DNA of 64,000 nt from Octopus bimaculoides (taxonomy: Eukaryota), in contig NC_068990.1 in assembly GCF_001194135.2 (NCBI RefSeq), forward strand, positions 38,119,318 to 38,183,317, given 5' to 3'. Of the stretch, positions 13,620 to 26,687 are shown piece by piece. The notes beneath the pieces are model-generated. The model saw nothing but the letters and a program-made list of their open reading frames with translations, made no database searches and was not told the origin of the DNA. Positions within the stretch are counted from its first letter, which is position 1. Each line of letters begins with the position of its first letter. The position numbers and the translations under genes were made by a program.

Positions 13620-13990
13620 CGTGACTTGAGATTTCCATCATAGGAGGCAGTCTAGCACGCCGGAGGATCAATTCATTCCTGTTCTTGTCAGGATGATATT
13701 CATAATTCGTCACAGTTGTATCGTATGTGCATATAACTTGTCTACTTGAGTTTTATAGACTGTCCGCGTTTCAGCTCCATACAACAAGGAAGAAAGCATT
13801 ACAGACTGGTATACCTTTGACACATATAGACACGTATTTGACACGTATGGAAACATGCCTATTTTTTCACAGCCTCTCGTGTAGCCTGCTAAATGAAGCA
13901 CTTGCTCTGATTCTTCTGTATGTGACTTCCTGGCCTAGTCGTGCATTATCTGACATGGCGATGTCTAGGTATTAAGATGGTTTCCACAGG
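13620..13990 (-). mobile_element. RTE-clade (BovB-like) LINE fragment, RT C-terminal region
   Basis: The minus-strand ORF reads KVYQSVMLSSLLYGAETRTVY, matching the RTE motif KVY.AVVL..LLYG.ETWT.Y. Confidence 0.8.
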
Positions 13991-14360
13991 ACACGACCCT
14001 GATGTCTAGTAGTGATGTTTCTTTCTATGACAAGGACAGATTGGGTCTTTACAAGTTGGTAAGGATATTTCGTTTTACTTTTTTAATGTTAGTCTTTAAG
14101 TTGAACTGTTGCATATCTCTATAAACAATATTATGGTATTATACATAATTCAATGTGTAGAATGTTAGCTAAGATTAGCTTTAAAAATTAAAAAAAAACA
14201 CTGTTAGATAAAAAAGATGAAACACTACGTGCAAGGGTAGATGAACAAATAATTAACCGAAAGGATTAATTGCTTTACAGAATAAAGCTATTTACTGGTA
14301 CATATGCCTAGAGGTGAATCGATATATGTCTATATTTAGATACATGCGTATGCGTGTGCG

Positions 14361-14401
<41 letters not shown>

Positions 14402-14680
14402 ATACACATATTGATGCTATTATGTTCAACTGTCGTATGTCCAAATTTGGTCGAATGCCTTTATTTCAATATTTATTTTGGGATTTCAATAGCCAGTTCT
14501 TTCGGTCAAAATGTCGCATCTCTAGCTGCTTCAGATGCCAAGATATCAAAAATAGTCAGTGTAGTATAACGGTTTTGCTATGGAATTGTGAAACTATTTT
14601 TTCGTTTTCTGAAAAAACAACGTTTTGGACTTACGACACTTTTGTATAATTGCAACGATATATGTATGTGTGTGTGTGTT

Positions 14681-14912
14681 CGTGTTATTAAATGCTCAAA
14701 GAAGAATCTGGATAGACTGGGATTTTCAAAGAGAGAAATTGACCAGCTGATTCGTACATTACAAGTCCAATCTCTGAGTGGAAGTGTAAATATATTCAAG
14801 TCTTTTCTCAAGTTCAAAATGTGAATTTGCCTGTGTTAATTACATCCCAAAGACGGAACCTTGTATCTTTGTTGGAAACCGGTTCTCTCCTCAGTGGAAG
14901 ATTTATAATAAT
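14681..14912 (+). mobile_element. 3' end of an R4/Dong-like RLE non-LTR retrotransposon
   Basis: KNLDRLGFSKREIDQLIRTLQVQSLSGSVNIFKSFLKF* resembles the post-RLE C-terminus (L..LGF...EI...IR..Q.....GTV.I.K.FL.F). A short 3' UTR follows and ends in ataataatt. Confidence 0.6.
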
Positions 14913-15667
14913 TAAAAAATAGAAGAGACATACATACATCATTCAACTTCGGTAGTAGTTGAATAATATTCTTAAGGCCGCAATTTACTCACACACAGCA
15001 TATTTCAGAGTTTGTCGCTAATTCAGTTCTTAACTAAATTGGAAACTGTTAACAGTTTCGAAGAGGGGTGGTCCCTAGCTACATTTTGACATAATAAATT
15101 GAGATTTGGTCCAGCAAAAAAAAAAGTTTACATGATGATTTGTAACAATGTTTTAGGAGATTAAGTAACGCCACCAATCAAGTTTAGCTCGAAATATTTT
15201 TTTTTGTTATTCAAAAGCAAAAATATATTTACCTTAGCATCAATGTTAGAAGAAAGCATGAAGGATTTCATAGTTTTGGAGTCATGCAACAAAAATTTGT
15301 ATCAAAAAGTTGTTAGGTAAAATATCATGAAAATATATAAGGCAAAAAATTGTATTAACATTTAACTCCTTTATTTTAAAATCAAGTTATATATTACTTA
15401 AGCTTAAATGATAGAGCTTAATTCGAAGAATTTAATGGTATCAATCTCATGCAATTAAGTTTTAAAAGGAAAACTTATGAGTGTTTGATTCTAATATTTG
15501 AGGGTGATAATATAGTTCTATACTTTTTAATGAATATAGTTCTGTAAGGAGACTTTTAATACATGTCACTGACATCATTGAGGTAAGGAAAACATTATCA
15601 ATGACACTGCTAATTGGCACATTATTAATTAACATAATAGCATTGCCTGGAAAAAAAACATGGTTTA

Positions 15668-16345
15668 CATGGAAAAATGCGAGCAAGGGAAATAATATTC
15701 TTAAGATTAGTAAGAATATTAATAAACCTGGAAAAGATAATTAAGAATATTAATTAAGATTATTAAGACTATTAATAAACCTGGAAAAGTACAGGGCAAG
15801 TTATTATAATAAGAAAAGTTCAGGACAAGTTATTACATCTGCTAAAGTACAGAACAAGAAAGTTTTTACTTAATATATTGCAGCTAAGGATAAAATTTGA
15901 ATATTAAAATTTATTTGATATTAATTTAGAAGTAACATTATAATCAAAAACGGTACCATTATTTTGTTATTATTCTATTTATTGTACTAACTAATTATGT
16001 ACTACTATTATTTTTTATAACGTATTTTCAAATTTCTAATTATTAATTAATAATTAAAAAAATGAATTTTTTAAAGTGCAAAATATATTTTGAGTTATTT
16101 CTTTATTTTCATAGAAGTAACAAGTAATAATAGATAGAAGTAATAATTTGTAATAAAGTTTTTAGTTTTAATAAAAGCTAATATTTTCTAAACCTAAATA
16201 TTTTATTTGAAATTTTATCCTTAGCTGCAATATTTTAAGTAAAAATTTTCGTGTTCTGTACTTTACCAGATGTAATAACTTGTCCTGTACTTTTCCAGGT
16301 TTATAATCTTACGAATATTATTTCTCTTGCTCGCATTTTACCGTG
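15668..16345. mobile_element. MITE with ~140 bp TIRs and TA TSD, CAC(G/T)G termini (possibly CACTA/EnSpm-type)
   Basis: The left end ta|catggaaaaatgcgagcaagggaaataatattc... is the reverse complement of the right end ...gaatattatttctcttgctcgcattttaccgtg|ta. Homology continues to gcagctaaggataaaattt. The left arm carries internal tandem duplications. Confidence 0.85.
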
Positions 16346-16758
16346 TAGTACATACTTGGATGGATGGCGAAAATGATGGCGAAAGAAAAAGTAGGATATA
16401 CTGTGATCAATATGAATCAAAATGATTGTGAGACGGAGATTGATGAAAGGTTGTTAGACCAGACAAACAGATACATAAATCAATAGATGTACACCTTCTT
16501 TCAGGAAAGTGCGTACACAAATACTCTCTCACACACACACGCATATGCATTCACGTTTTAATATATTTAATATATATATGTAAGCACACAAACACATATA
16601 CATGCATATACACATACATACGTGTGTATATATATGTATACACACACACACACAGAGTCAAAAGGAATAATCTAAAATTAGAAATAACAATAACAAAACA
16701 AGAGGACGCGCACATGGAATATATTATTCGATTCTAGGTAAAGGTGGAAAAAAGAGAA

Positions 16759-16797
16759 GGATTTTGATATTTCGAGCATAGCTCTTCATCAGAAAGG
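16759..16797 (-). ncRNA. Minimal type I hammerhead ribozyme motif within a Penelope-like terminal repeat (about 16670-16930)
   Basis: The minus strand reads ccttt-CTGATGA-a-gagc-tat-gctc-GAAA-t-ATC-aaa: intact core, 4-bp stem II, palindromic AUAU stem III, AUC cleavage triplet, and short stem I (ttt/aaa). Confidence 0.65.
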
Positions 16798-17959
16798 AAA
16801 ACGGAAAAATCCAAACACGGAAAAATATCACCAACAGCACGTGTGTGGTAACATGACTGAAGTGACCAGAAGTGGAAAGAGATTGACAAAGCGTTTTTGG
16901 GGCACAGGAGATTGCGAAGATAGCCATTAAGTGCGTGTGTATGTGTGTGTGTGTGTGTAAGTGTGTGTGCGCGCGCGCGTTAATGTGTGCAAGTGTGTTT
17001 GTGTCTATATCAGTGGTGTATGTATAAGGGCGTGAGTCAACGAACAGGTTAGTGGCTGTGTGTATATGTTTGTATATACATATATATGTGTGTATGACTG
17101 TGTGAGGGCGTGTGTGTGTGGATTTATGTGTGTGTGCGTGTGTATGCGAGTTCGTAAGTGTGTATGTGTGTGTGCATGTGTCTGTATCTGCATATATGCG
17201 TATGCATGTGTGTGTGTGAGAATGTGATAGGTGTGAAAGGTGAGGTGTCAATTGTGTGAGTGCCTTGGTATCGTCACAACTGTAAGGTTGTAATGCACTG
17301 TAGCCAGCACATTTTGCCGAATACATTCCTGAATATCGTCTGATGCTCAACTCTCATCTAAGCTGCATTAGCTTAAGAGCCCAGCTGTGTCAGTCGCAAG
17401 CCCTTCTTCTTTAATATTATTATTTTCGTATGCTAAAATATCTAGGCTCTCTTTGGTAATCTGGCAGAGTATCTATTTGTTCTGTATTTCTCTTAGTCCA
17501 ACTACTTAACAGCAGTGAACCTAACAACTTTTGAAACGTTTTTCCTGTCACCCCAGTAACATTTCTGACGCCCCATTTTCTTCCGGTCAACGTAATTTAC
17601 TAGACTGCAGGAATAATGATGTCCGCTGGACACCAATATGTTTTGTGACACCAATATGTTTACAATATTGAACTCTTGTGAAGACATGAAGACAGACCAA
17701 GGCACAGCAGTATTACCTCGCAATCACATATTTCTGCTCTCTCGATTTTTTGGAAATGGTGTTCATGCTTTTCGAAAAAAACACAGGAGTATCGACAGAA
17801 AATGCTATTTTGATATAATTTTCTCGTCAAACCGCAATTGTGAATCGCTGCAAATTCCTGTAACTTCACCATAATCTTAGAAATCTTGAGACTCAGACAA
17901 AATTAATTTTTACTCACTAAACACTGGAGTCAGCTCACCTAATTTTAAAGTGAATCCCT

Positions 17960-18310
17960 TTAACTTATACCGGACTATTCTGCCAGACTACAAATAAATT
18001 TGGTTCTTTGCATAGGTATGCAAAAACGCTGGAAAGTTCATCGATAAAGATAGGAGTATTTTTGCTTCTCTGCTTGCCTTGATTATGTTGGAAAATGTCA
18101 TTGATGCAGTATTGCAGTCAAAGGTGTCGTTGTACCTCGATTCCTTCCGACAAGTCGACTGCAACACAATAACGACGCCATAGCTATCATTGAGATGAAA
18201 AGAAATAGAGTACAGGTCATGACAATGCCAATATGCAGTCACTGCCAGTTGCTTTTATTTCACTAGATGTTAAACGACATTATTGATTCAAGAAATTGTG
18301 CATCATGGAA
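17960..18310 (-). mobile_element. Possible Helitron/PIF1 helicase fragment (motif Ia-II region), heavily decayed
   Basis: Weak frameshifted resemblance only: EIKATGSDCILAL, then AKILL and IDELS in adjacent frames. Confidence 0.35.
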
Positions 18311-18879
18311 GATGAAAAGTCGAACGGTTTGCGGTGACTAATCAATATACAATGCCAAGCCAAACAACTTGAATATCATTCCTTACACACAAACTTATAT
18401 ATATATATATATATATTATATATACTTGTATATACGTACATATATACATGCATGTGCTCACACGAACACACATAGATAGTTAGATAGATGCATACATAAA
18501 TATACCTGTACATAATATGTATATAATATACATATATTAAATACACATAAATTTGAATGGCTTCTAGCAGCAACTTATGTTTCATGTTTGCAGGAAGATA
18601 CCGGACTGTCTGTAAGTAAATATAAGTATTGTTGTATGGGCAGTAATTTGAATTTTCACAAATGTAATTTGCGCCCTGTCGTTTTACAAAATCTATTATA
18701 GATGAAAAATGTTGAAGATTAAACCTCAGTCATGTGTGGAAGATTTGAGATATTTTGGTGTAGTATTTTTGAGGTTTAGTAGAATTTGGAGCTGGCTATC
18801 GCAAATATGTTTTAAGTTCCGTAGCTTCTGTTACAGATAAGGGTTTTGATATATGCATAGTGGTAATCTAGTTATTTTT

Positions 18880-19340
18880 TGGACATCAGTAGGATTTTTA
18901 TCTCAGAGCAAAAATGACAGAAACAACAACTGTATCAAACATCTGGGAATTAGAGCTATACGACATCTCTTGGGGTCTGTTACTAATGTTGCGTCTACTC
19001 AATGTTCATGAAGTCTTTTCACTTTCATGCGAGTTCCTTTACAATATCCTTGACTGATTGAAAGATTTCTTAGCAGCATTACAATAGCCCCTACTTTTAA
19101 GTTGAGGCGATGAGGAGGCATACCAGATAGAGTGAGTGAATTCAAATGAATAGTTCTGAACGTCCTCTTCATTATTGCAGGACACTGAATCTGTGTTTAA
19201 GTACGTTTTAAGTGCATCTGGTATAATATTAAGAACGTTTTCATTTATTGCAAGACAGTCAGAATTTTCAGGAGATAAAATTACTCGTTTTTCCATTTCT
19301 ACTGGCGTGCAGTTGTTGAAAATTTCTGGGTACAAATGTA
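18880..19340 (-). mobile_element. Helitron PIF1-like helicase fragment
   Basis: KRVILSPENSDCLAINENVLNIIP...KTYLNTDSV...VQNYSFEF, then after a frameshift GMPPHRLNLKVGAIVMLLRNLSISQGYCKGTRM, which matches the Helitron/PIF1 motif MLLRNL....GLCNGTRL. Confidence 0.9.
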
Positions 19341-19529
19341 CAAATTGAAATGCAAAAGAATGAAATAATGAATTGATTTATGAATGAAAGTTTGGTAATT
19401 GCGTCTATTTCCACCACGTGACACTTATTATTGCAAACATGTTTTAACTAACCTATACTATAGATACACACAAATACATTCATATATACATATGTCTCGA
19501 GTTGTAGCTGGAATTCAAAGGGAAACGCG

Positions 19530-19920
19530 CGAATAAACATCTCAGATGAGTTTTTCAATACCGCAGATCTTCATGGGAAAGAGACAACCTTCGATTACTT
19601 CGACTTGAAAGAGGGTGATGTAATATCGACCATTGATGAGATGAACTGGAACTTAGAAATGGGCCCAGACGGAATTCCGACCGTTCTTTAATAGACATGT
19701 AAGAAAGCTATCGCAAAACCACTGCAGTTACCTTTTCAGAAATTTCTTTGCATGTGGCAAACTCCGCAAATGGTTAAAAAATTGTTAAAAATATGCTCTG
19801 TCCTTATGGAAGGAAGCAGAATGGAATGACCTGGAATATCTAGCTCCCAAACTTGGGAATTGAATGGTATACAAACCATCGAAATGGACAGACACTGCAT
19901 ATTCCAAAAGTTAACAATTT
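19530..19920 (+). mobile_element. CR1/L2-like LINE fragment with a large internal deletion
   Basis: DVISTIDEMNWNLEMGPDGIPTVLL and CKKAIAKPLQ (pre-RT region) abut LAPNLGIEWYTNHRNGRHC (C-terminal region). Confidence 0.7.
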
Positions 19921-20082
19921 CTCCATCTAGAATATATACTCAGTAGTGCAACAGTTTTATCTGAGATGTCACATGAATCTACATCGCGGCAGGAGGCACA
20001 AAGAAGTGCAGCTCCGCCCAACTGGCTACTTCACACACAAAAAAAGTTTATATATATACAGGAAAGAAATTCAAACTCACTG

Positions 20083-20135
20083 AAAGGTGGTGTTCCGGCA
20101 TGGTTTTAGCCACTGGCTGAAACTGGTAAGAGATA
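20083..20135 (+). mobile_element. SINE 3' end fragment
   Basis: aaaggtggtgttccggcatggttttagccactggctgaaactggtaaga resembles the SINE 3' terminus. Confidence 0.5.
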
Positions 20136-20851
20136 AAATAAAAAGATACAAGATATGTATGCGCGTGAAGGTTATCAAGAAACGCTGAGGAAAACGCTAG
20201 GCCCTCCCCTCCCCGCACCTGCATTAAAATCTGCTGCACAACAGAACACAGAAGCAAGAGCAATACAAATAATAAGAATTTTAAAAACAACAACCATCAC
20301 AGCATAAGTAACGTTAACAAGATAACTACACCAACAACAAAAACAATTATAAAAATATTAACAACAACAATAATATTTGGGGAAAAAAAAGTGAAGGGAA
20401 TTTTGCCAAATACGATAGCAGGGATAAGACTTTCCAAATCTCATCTCTTGAAATACCATTTACTTATTGTTTAGGAGATTGGAATCAGTAAACCTGGATT
20501 GATATTTAAATAGTGTTTGTACTTCAATAGATCAAGGATCATAATGGCAACGTGGATCTGTTAGGATGTATATGTGACTGTATACACATGCATACACACA
20601 TACATACATACATACATACATACATACATACATACATACATACGTACATACATATATATTGATATATGTATGAATACACACGCATATATATTTATTTACA
20701 TGCTATATATACATACGTACATACACACATATATGGATATAAATTTACGTATACATACACTGTGTCACGTGAATACTTCCGTCTTTCTATTCCTTACGTT
20801 TCTTTCTTTTTCTCACTCAACCTACATATGAACGTGTGTGTGTGTGTGTGC

Positions 20852-20951
<100 letters not shown>

Positions 20952-22494
20952 ATAGGAACATTGACAGATTAAGGTGTAACAAAATATTTAGAGATCTTCA
21001 CACAGATTGCAAAAATTACGCACATACTACTTTATATGTATTTTAAAGTTTGTATATAATTTAGAATGCAAAGCGTGTGAAGGATTAGAAGTGTCTGTCT
21101 GTCTGTCTGTCTAACATTCTGTCCTTGCGTCTGTGTCACTATATAAAAATAGTCGTACACATAATAATAGTAATAGTAATGAAATTATTGTATTCCTAGC
21201 TCAAATACATACACACACATCTATGCATACACATACACACCGATATTTGTATAGATATGTATACATACGTGCGCAATAAAGTATATATATGTGTACGTGC
21301 GTGTGTGCGTGTGTGTTCGCGTGAGTGTGTATGTACATACATATATTTAAGTATGTACATATATATATATATATATGTGTGTGCGCATCTGTGTGTGTGA
21401 CTGTTTATGATAATGCTCTTGTATATTTGCGTATGTCTGCACACAGTATATAAGTGTGTATGTCTGCGTGCAGTATATAAGTTGCTTCTAATCTCATGGA
21501 TTCAAATAAAAATCTTCTTTAATCACAGCTTTATATTAATGTGTTCTGATAAACACAAGCCATTTAAAAAGATGGGGGCCGCTGTCAGATCAAACAATGA
21601 AACCATAACACAGAGACAGAACTGCGAAACAATTCGACGTGCACACAATCGTATGAAATGATAAATTTATTTATATTTTGAAATAGATGTGGCATAGTAA
21701 TCTTTTGCTGGTTTATTTAAGATAATGTTAATGTTGCAAAAATACCAATGTCACAGAAGCTCTGTAGTTCATTTGGTTCATTGTAAGGGCCAGTTATTTT
21801 CTCTCTTCAGTCTCCCGTTGTGAAGATGGGCGATATAACTGTTCTTGAATATCTATTACAGATAACATTTATATTTGATCTGGTCGATCATATTCTCGAG
21901 AAATGGTGATCTAGGATAATATATAATACAATGTTCTGACTGGAAATAAATACCAACAAAACCATTGACCGAGTCTATGCACAAACTCACTGGACTCGCT
22001 AGACATATCACTCACATATCTATCAAATCAGACCCTGATCTCTAAAGACGGATGTTTTGCGTAACGTATGGACTTTTCAGATAAATGCAGGATAATTATA
22101 GTAACACATAAAATCTCTTTGAAAATAATCTCTTCTATGAGACTCAGAGCTTAGCAACAACTAAATATAAGATGGTACAAATTTTAATCCAACTTGGTTA
22201 TATGTTATAGATTTAATTTTATAAATGAGCTAAGTCCAGTCCTAGTTGCCTGCACTTATAATATATTCCATCATTATGAGACGTTCAGTATAGTCAACAT
22301 TTGCTAACAGACGAGAGTGCAGCCATATATTTAATAGTCTTGCAAGAAATAGCATTTACAATTCCATCAATTATTAACATAATATTTTAGAAAAAAGGAG
22401 AATATAATATGTCCTAGATACTTATTTTCTGAGCAAATAAAAGACAGAATGATCATAGCTGAAACACATGCGTGTATTGACAAGTGGTGATACA

Positions 22495-22569
<75 letters not shown>

Positions 22570-22639
22570 TTATATTTCAAGTAATTATTAACTTATATAT
22601 GTATGATGTTCAGGTCCTGATTGGCTACATACTAAAAGA

Positions 22640-24150
22640 CATCGCTTGCTTTTGACCGTCTTTGGTCCGACGAGCTGAGGTTTGCCTGCCGTCTGTGGAC
22701 GTGGTTTGTTAATCAAATGTCTTGGTCACTTGTTTTTGACTGACAGCAACCTAGCCTTCCCGTTGACTGAAGACATAATAGCATCACGGCGATGTTTTGG
22801 CCCCAGTGTTTTAAGTAAAATCATAATCCAATTTTTCAATCCTAGACGTCAGCAAATAATGTCGAAAACTATAATTACGCAATGGTTTGAAGTTAGGAAG
22901 TCGCATCCCATAAGAAACTCGTTACCTCAAATTTTCTTTTCTTTTATTATTTTTGAGCCTTCTAGTGTTTTCGTTAAGTCGAATATACTGTTTTCTTATT
23001 CTATCGCATTGTTATAAAATATTTAGTTTTGGCATATATTTCTTAATAAGCATGTTTTCCTTCTTTAATCAGAATTGGAATGAAGTGTTCCCAATATATT
23101 GATATAAAGGAAAAAAATTGGCATTTGTGATATTTCTTTGTTGAACACAGATCCAGATGCCTACCAACTAGTATTTTTCTGGTACCAAAATCTCCTGCCT
23201 GTCAATCGGCATTCTGTACGTCAGATTTAATTGCATTTAATCTATTTACTTTTCATGATACCCATTTCATTTGATAGCATAAATTTAATCAATTGATGCA
23301 TACATGGCATGAGATTTTATGGCAAATGATTGTCACGTGTTAAATTCATATGTAGCTCTCAATAAGCTTGATGCATAGTCCACAATTATGGTGGTTACAT
23401 TTCCTTTCTTTTTTGTCTATCGGACATGTATTATTGGCGGGTAATTTGGCGTTAGTAAGCAAATTCTTTTAAAAGATTTTAATTTTATCACTTTGGAGTG
23501 GGTTTTTTTTTTATTCTCGAGTCGTTCACCAAAAATCCAATATGATAATGATGGATGATGTTGCATTCCTCTGAACATCTTGAATTGCAAGTCGATATAT
23601 GAAATAAAGTAGTGAGGGTATCAGTGATGTTTGCTACTTTTCGTAATTCTTGGATATTTATCAATTCTGGAAATTCTGTTCCGTTATTGATTAAAGTTAG
23701 TGTCTTGCAAATAATATATTCTACGTATTTCATAGATTTCTTCCTTCCGACTCTCGGAATCGGATACAATTGTATACGTTCTGAAAGGTTTATTTATTTT
23801 CGAATGTTTTGGATGGCAGGTAACATAACAGATAAAAATTTTACTTTTTTGGCTTAAAGTAGATATCGTTTTCAATGGTTGTATTTCATTTTATGATAAA
23901 GGTGTCCAAAAGAGTAGTTTAAATATATATCATTCTACTGTAAATTTGATAGTGTGGTTTCTGTTATTAAGGTTTTATATTCATAAAGATGATCCATAAT
24001 GTGTGCAAACAAATCTCTGGGTAGTATTTCCCTCTTGGCGAATTGGCATTTATGGAATCTATTGCTGAAAGCTTAATCAGATGTGATCATGTATTTAAAC
24101 TTCGAAGTGTGCCCCGAAAAGTTTAGCCATCGACCCTGCAGATGTCGTTG
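22640..24150 (-). mobile_element. Penelope-like element (Neptune-like): RT C-terminus, Cys linker, GIY-YIG remnant and 3' flank
   Basis: Frameshifted minus-strand translation gives NHTIKFTVE, DIYFKP, CHPKHSKINKPF..TIVSD, LTLINNG, FLVNDSRIKK, KCNHHNCGLC and IYAIK, and ends IKKYMPKLN..* near 23012. The 3' boundary is uncertain. Confidence 0.8.
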
Positions 24151-24319
24151 AACTTAGAAAAAAAAATATTTTGTGGTATAAAATGTATTTGTTCAAAGAA
24201 AATTCTTTTCTACTCATCAAATGGAAATACTTCTTGGGCGATTGTTTTAACCTGTCATAAGTGAATTTTCAACTCCCCAAACAATTTCCTTGTATTTCTA
24301 CTTGTGTAGAATTGAACCT

Positions 24320-24344
24320 CTCTCTCACTCTCTCTCTCTCACGC

Positions 24345-24440
<96 letters not shown>

Positions 24441-24464
24441 GATAGATAGATAGATAGATAGATA
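24320..24464. repeat. (TC)n, (TATC)n, then inverted (GATA)n microsatellite
   Basis: Read directly; the junction tctaga lies at 24437-24442. Confidence 0.95.
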
Positions 24465-24635
24465 CTGGTGTATTTATGTCCCCGTAAATTAGCAGTTTGG
24501 CAAAAGTGACCGATAGAATAAGTATTAGGATTACAAGGAATAAGTCCTGAGGCCGATGTATTCGACTAAAAGGCGCTGCTCCAGCATGGCTGCAGTCAAA
24601 TGACTGAAACAAATAAAAGAAAAAATGAAAGAATA
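24464..24635 (+). mobile_element. Octopus-type SINE, 3' half
   Basis: actggtgtatttatgtccccgtaa...gaccgatagaataagta...ctccagcatggctgcagtcaaatgactgaaac matches the reverse complement of 61937-62105. Confidence 0.85.
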
Positions 24636-25058
24636 TATATTGACATAAAGTAAAGATTATTTGCCAACATAATGTGGCAGTCCTGGTTTGGATGAATGTT
24701 ACTGTTGTTTACAAACATTATATACATATATACATATAAATATGTAGATAGAGAGAGACAGACTGACACACAGACGGATATATAATTTTCTTACAGGCAT
24801 CAACTATCCACGAAACTTTATGCAAAACATGTTAGATTAAAATACTGTATATTGATTTTGTTTCAGTATATCCATATATAGTTCAAATACATTTGCGTGA
24901 ATTCATATCATATCACGACAATTCACTCCGGCAAATATCCATGGAAATATCGTTAAGGTATATTTTATTTAAAGCACAACTATGTTCAAGTCACATTTTA
25001 AAACTAAGTGTGAAAGAAAAAGCTGTTGTCTATTTACATACACTCAGAAACACACATA

Positions 25059-25098
<40 letters not shown>

Positions 25099-25715
25099 TA
25101 CACAAACACGGATTTATGCACGCATATACACACACAGAGACGCAGGGACGCGCACACACATACGCACAGAAATACATTCGTAGAGACACACAAACATGAA
25201 TACGCACACACCCTGGTACCCAAGTACAATTATTTCTTAGCCTTTAGCGATACCAGCAAGAAAGGATGTTGCTGGTAAATGAGTGGGAACGTAACCGGTG
25301 AGTGTGTTAAATACTAAAGCACTAAAAGAGAATGAATCTCCTCATATATACATATAGTTTTGTGTCTGGGAGAGTCAACCAAGAAAGAGAGAAACAATTT
25401 CAAAGGTCAATGTTCATATTCATTCTATATATTTCAAGGCGTCGGAATACTCTACAGCATACACAGGTGAATTCATATTCACAAGATATAATATAAAGAT
25501 TTATAAATATATAAATACGTAAATGTACTTGCGAGCTTGTGTGTCCGTATTAAAATCAATGAGATATTAAAAATATGCGGATAGTGAATGTAAATAGATG
25601 AAAAAGAAAACGATTTAAAAAGGTATCTTGAGCAGGTGCAAAGTCTGATGGTCGTTTCGAGAAGATATAGGTTGGCATAAGCGAGTTAATTCCATATATA
25701 TATTCGAGTTAATTT

Positions 25716-25746
<31 letters not shown>

Positions 25747-25762
25747 TACACACACACACACA

Positions 25763-25800
<38 letters not shown>

Positions 25801-25848
25801 AACATACATATATATATGGCAAGTGTCATACATACATACATATATATA

Positions 25849-25940
25849 TTGGGCAAGTGTCTTCTACTATAGCGTAGCGCCAACCAAAACCTTGTGAGTG
25901 GATTTGGTAGAGAGAAACTGAAAGAAACCCGTCGTATATA
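25849..25940 (+). mobile_element. Octopus-type SINE, central domain
   Basis: ttgggcaagtgtcttctactatagc...ccttgtgagtggatttggtag...aaactgaaagaaacccgtcg matches 62180-62280 in reverse. Confidence 0.85.
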
Positions 25941-26649
25941 TGTATATATANNNNNNNNNNNNNNNNNNNNNNNNNNNNNNNNNNNNNNNNNNNNNNNNNN
26001 NNNNNNNNNNNNNNNNNNNNNNNNNNNNNNNNNNNNNNNNNNNNNNNNNNNNNNNNNNNNNNNNNNNNNNNNNNNNNNNNNNNNNNNNNNNNNNNNNNNN
26101 NNNNNNNNNNNNNNNNNNNNNNNNNNNNNNNNNNNNNNNNNNNNNNNNNNNNNNNNNNNNNNNNNNNNNNNNNNNNNNNNNNNNNNNNNNNNNNNNNNNN
26201 NNNNNNNNNNNNNNNNNNNNNNNNNNNNNNNNNNNNNNNNNNNNNNNNNNNNNNNNNNNNNNNNNNNNNNNNNNNNNNNNNNNNNNNNNNNNNNNNNNNN
26301 NNNNNNNNNNNNNNNNNNNNNNNNNNNNNNNNNNNNNNNNNNNNNNNNNNNNNNNNNNNNNNNNNNNNNNNNNNNNNNNNNNNNNNNNNNNNNNNNNNNN
26401 NNNNNNNNNNNNNNNNNNNNNNNNNNNNNNNNNNNNNNNNNNNNNNNNNNNNNNNNNNNNNNNNNNACACACACACATAAACGCATGCACACGCACACGC
26501 ACAAGTAGAATTCTAAACATAATTCATCTTTCCTCCTGATTCTGTTTTCAATTCTTTTTTTTTTTTTGTGAAAAATTTGTTGTAGCTGTGTTTGTAGTTG
26601 TTGTTGCCTTTATTGCCTGATGTCGTTATGTATGTTTGTTATTTTTGCT

Positions 26650-26656
26650 ATAGATT

Positions 26657-26687
<31 letters not shown>

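Noticed and set aside
22752-22805. ctgaaga...gatgtttt near the Penelope-like 3' flank as an antisense hammerhead
   Set aside because: No GAAA core and no proper stem II.
25818-25861. ggcaagtgtc duplicated around a short (CATA)n tract at a SINE edge
   Set aside because: Best explained by local slippage; too short to call a TSD.
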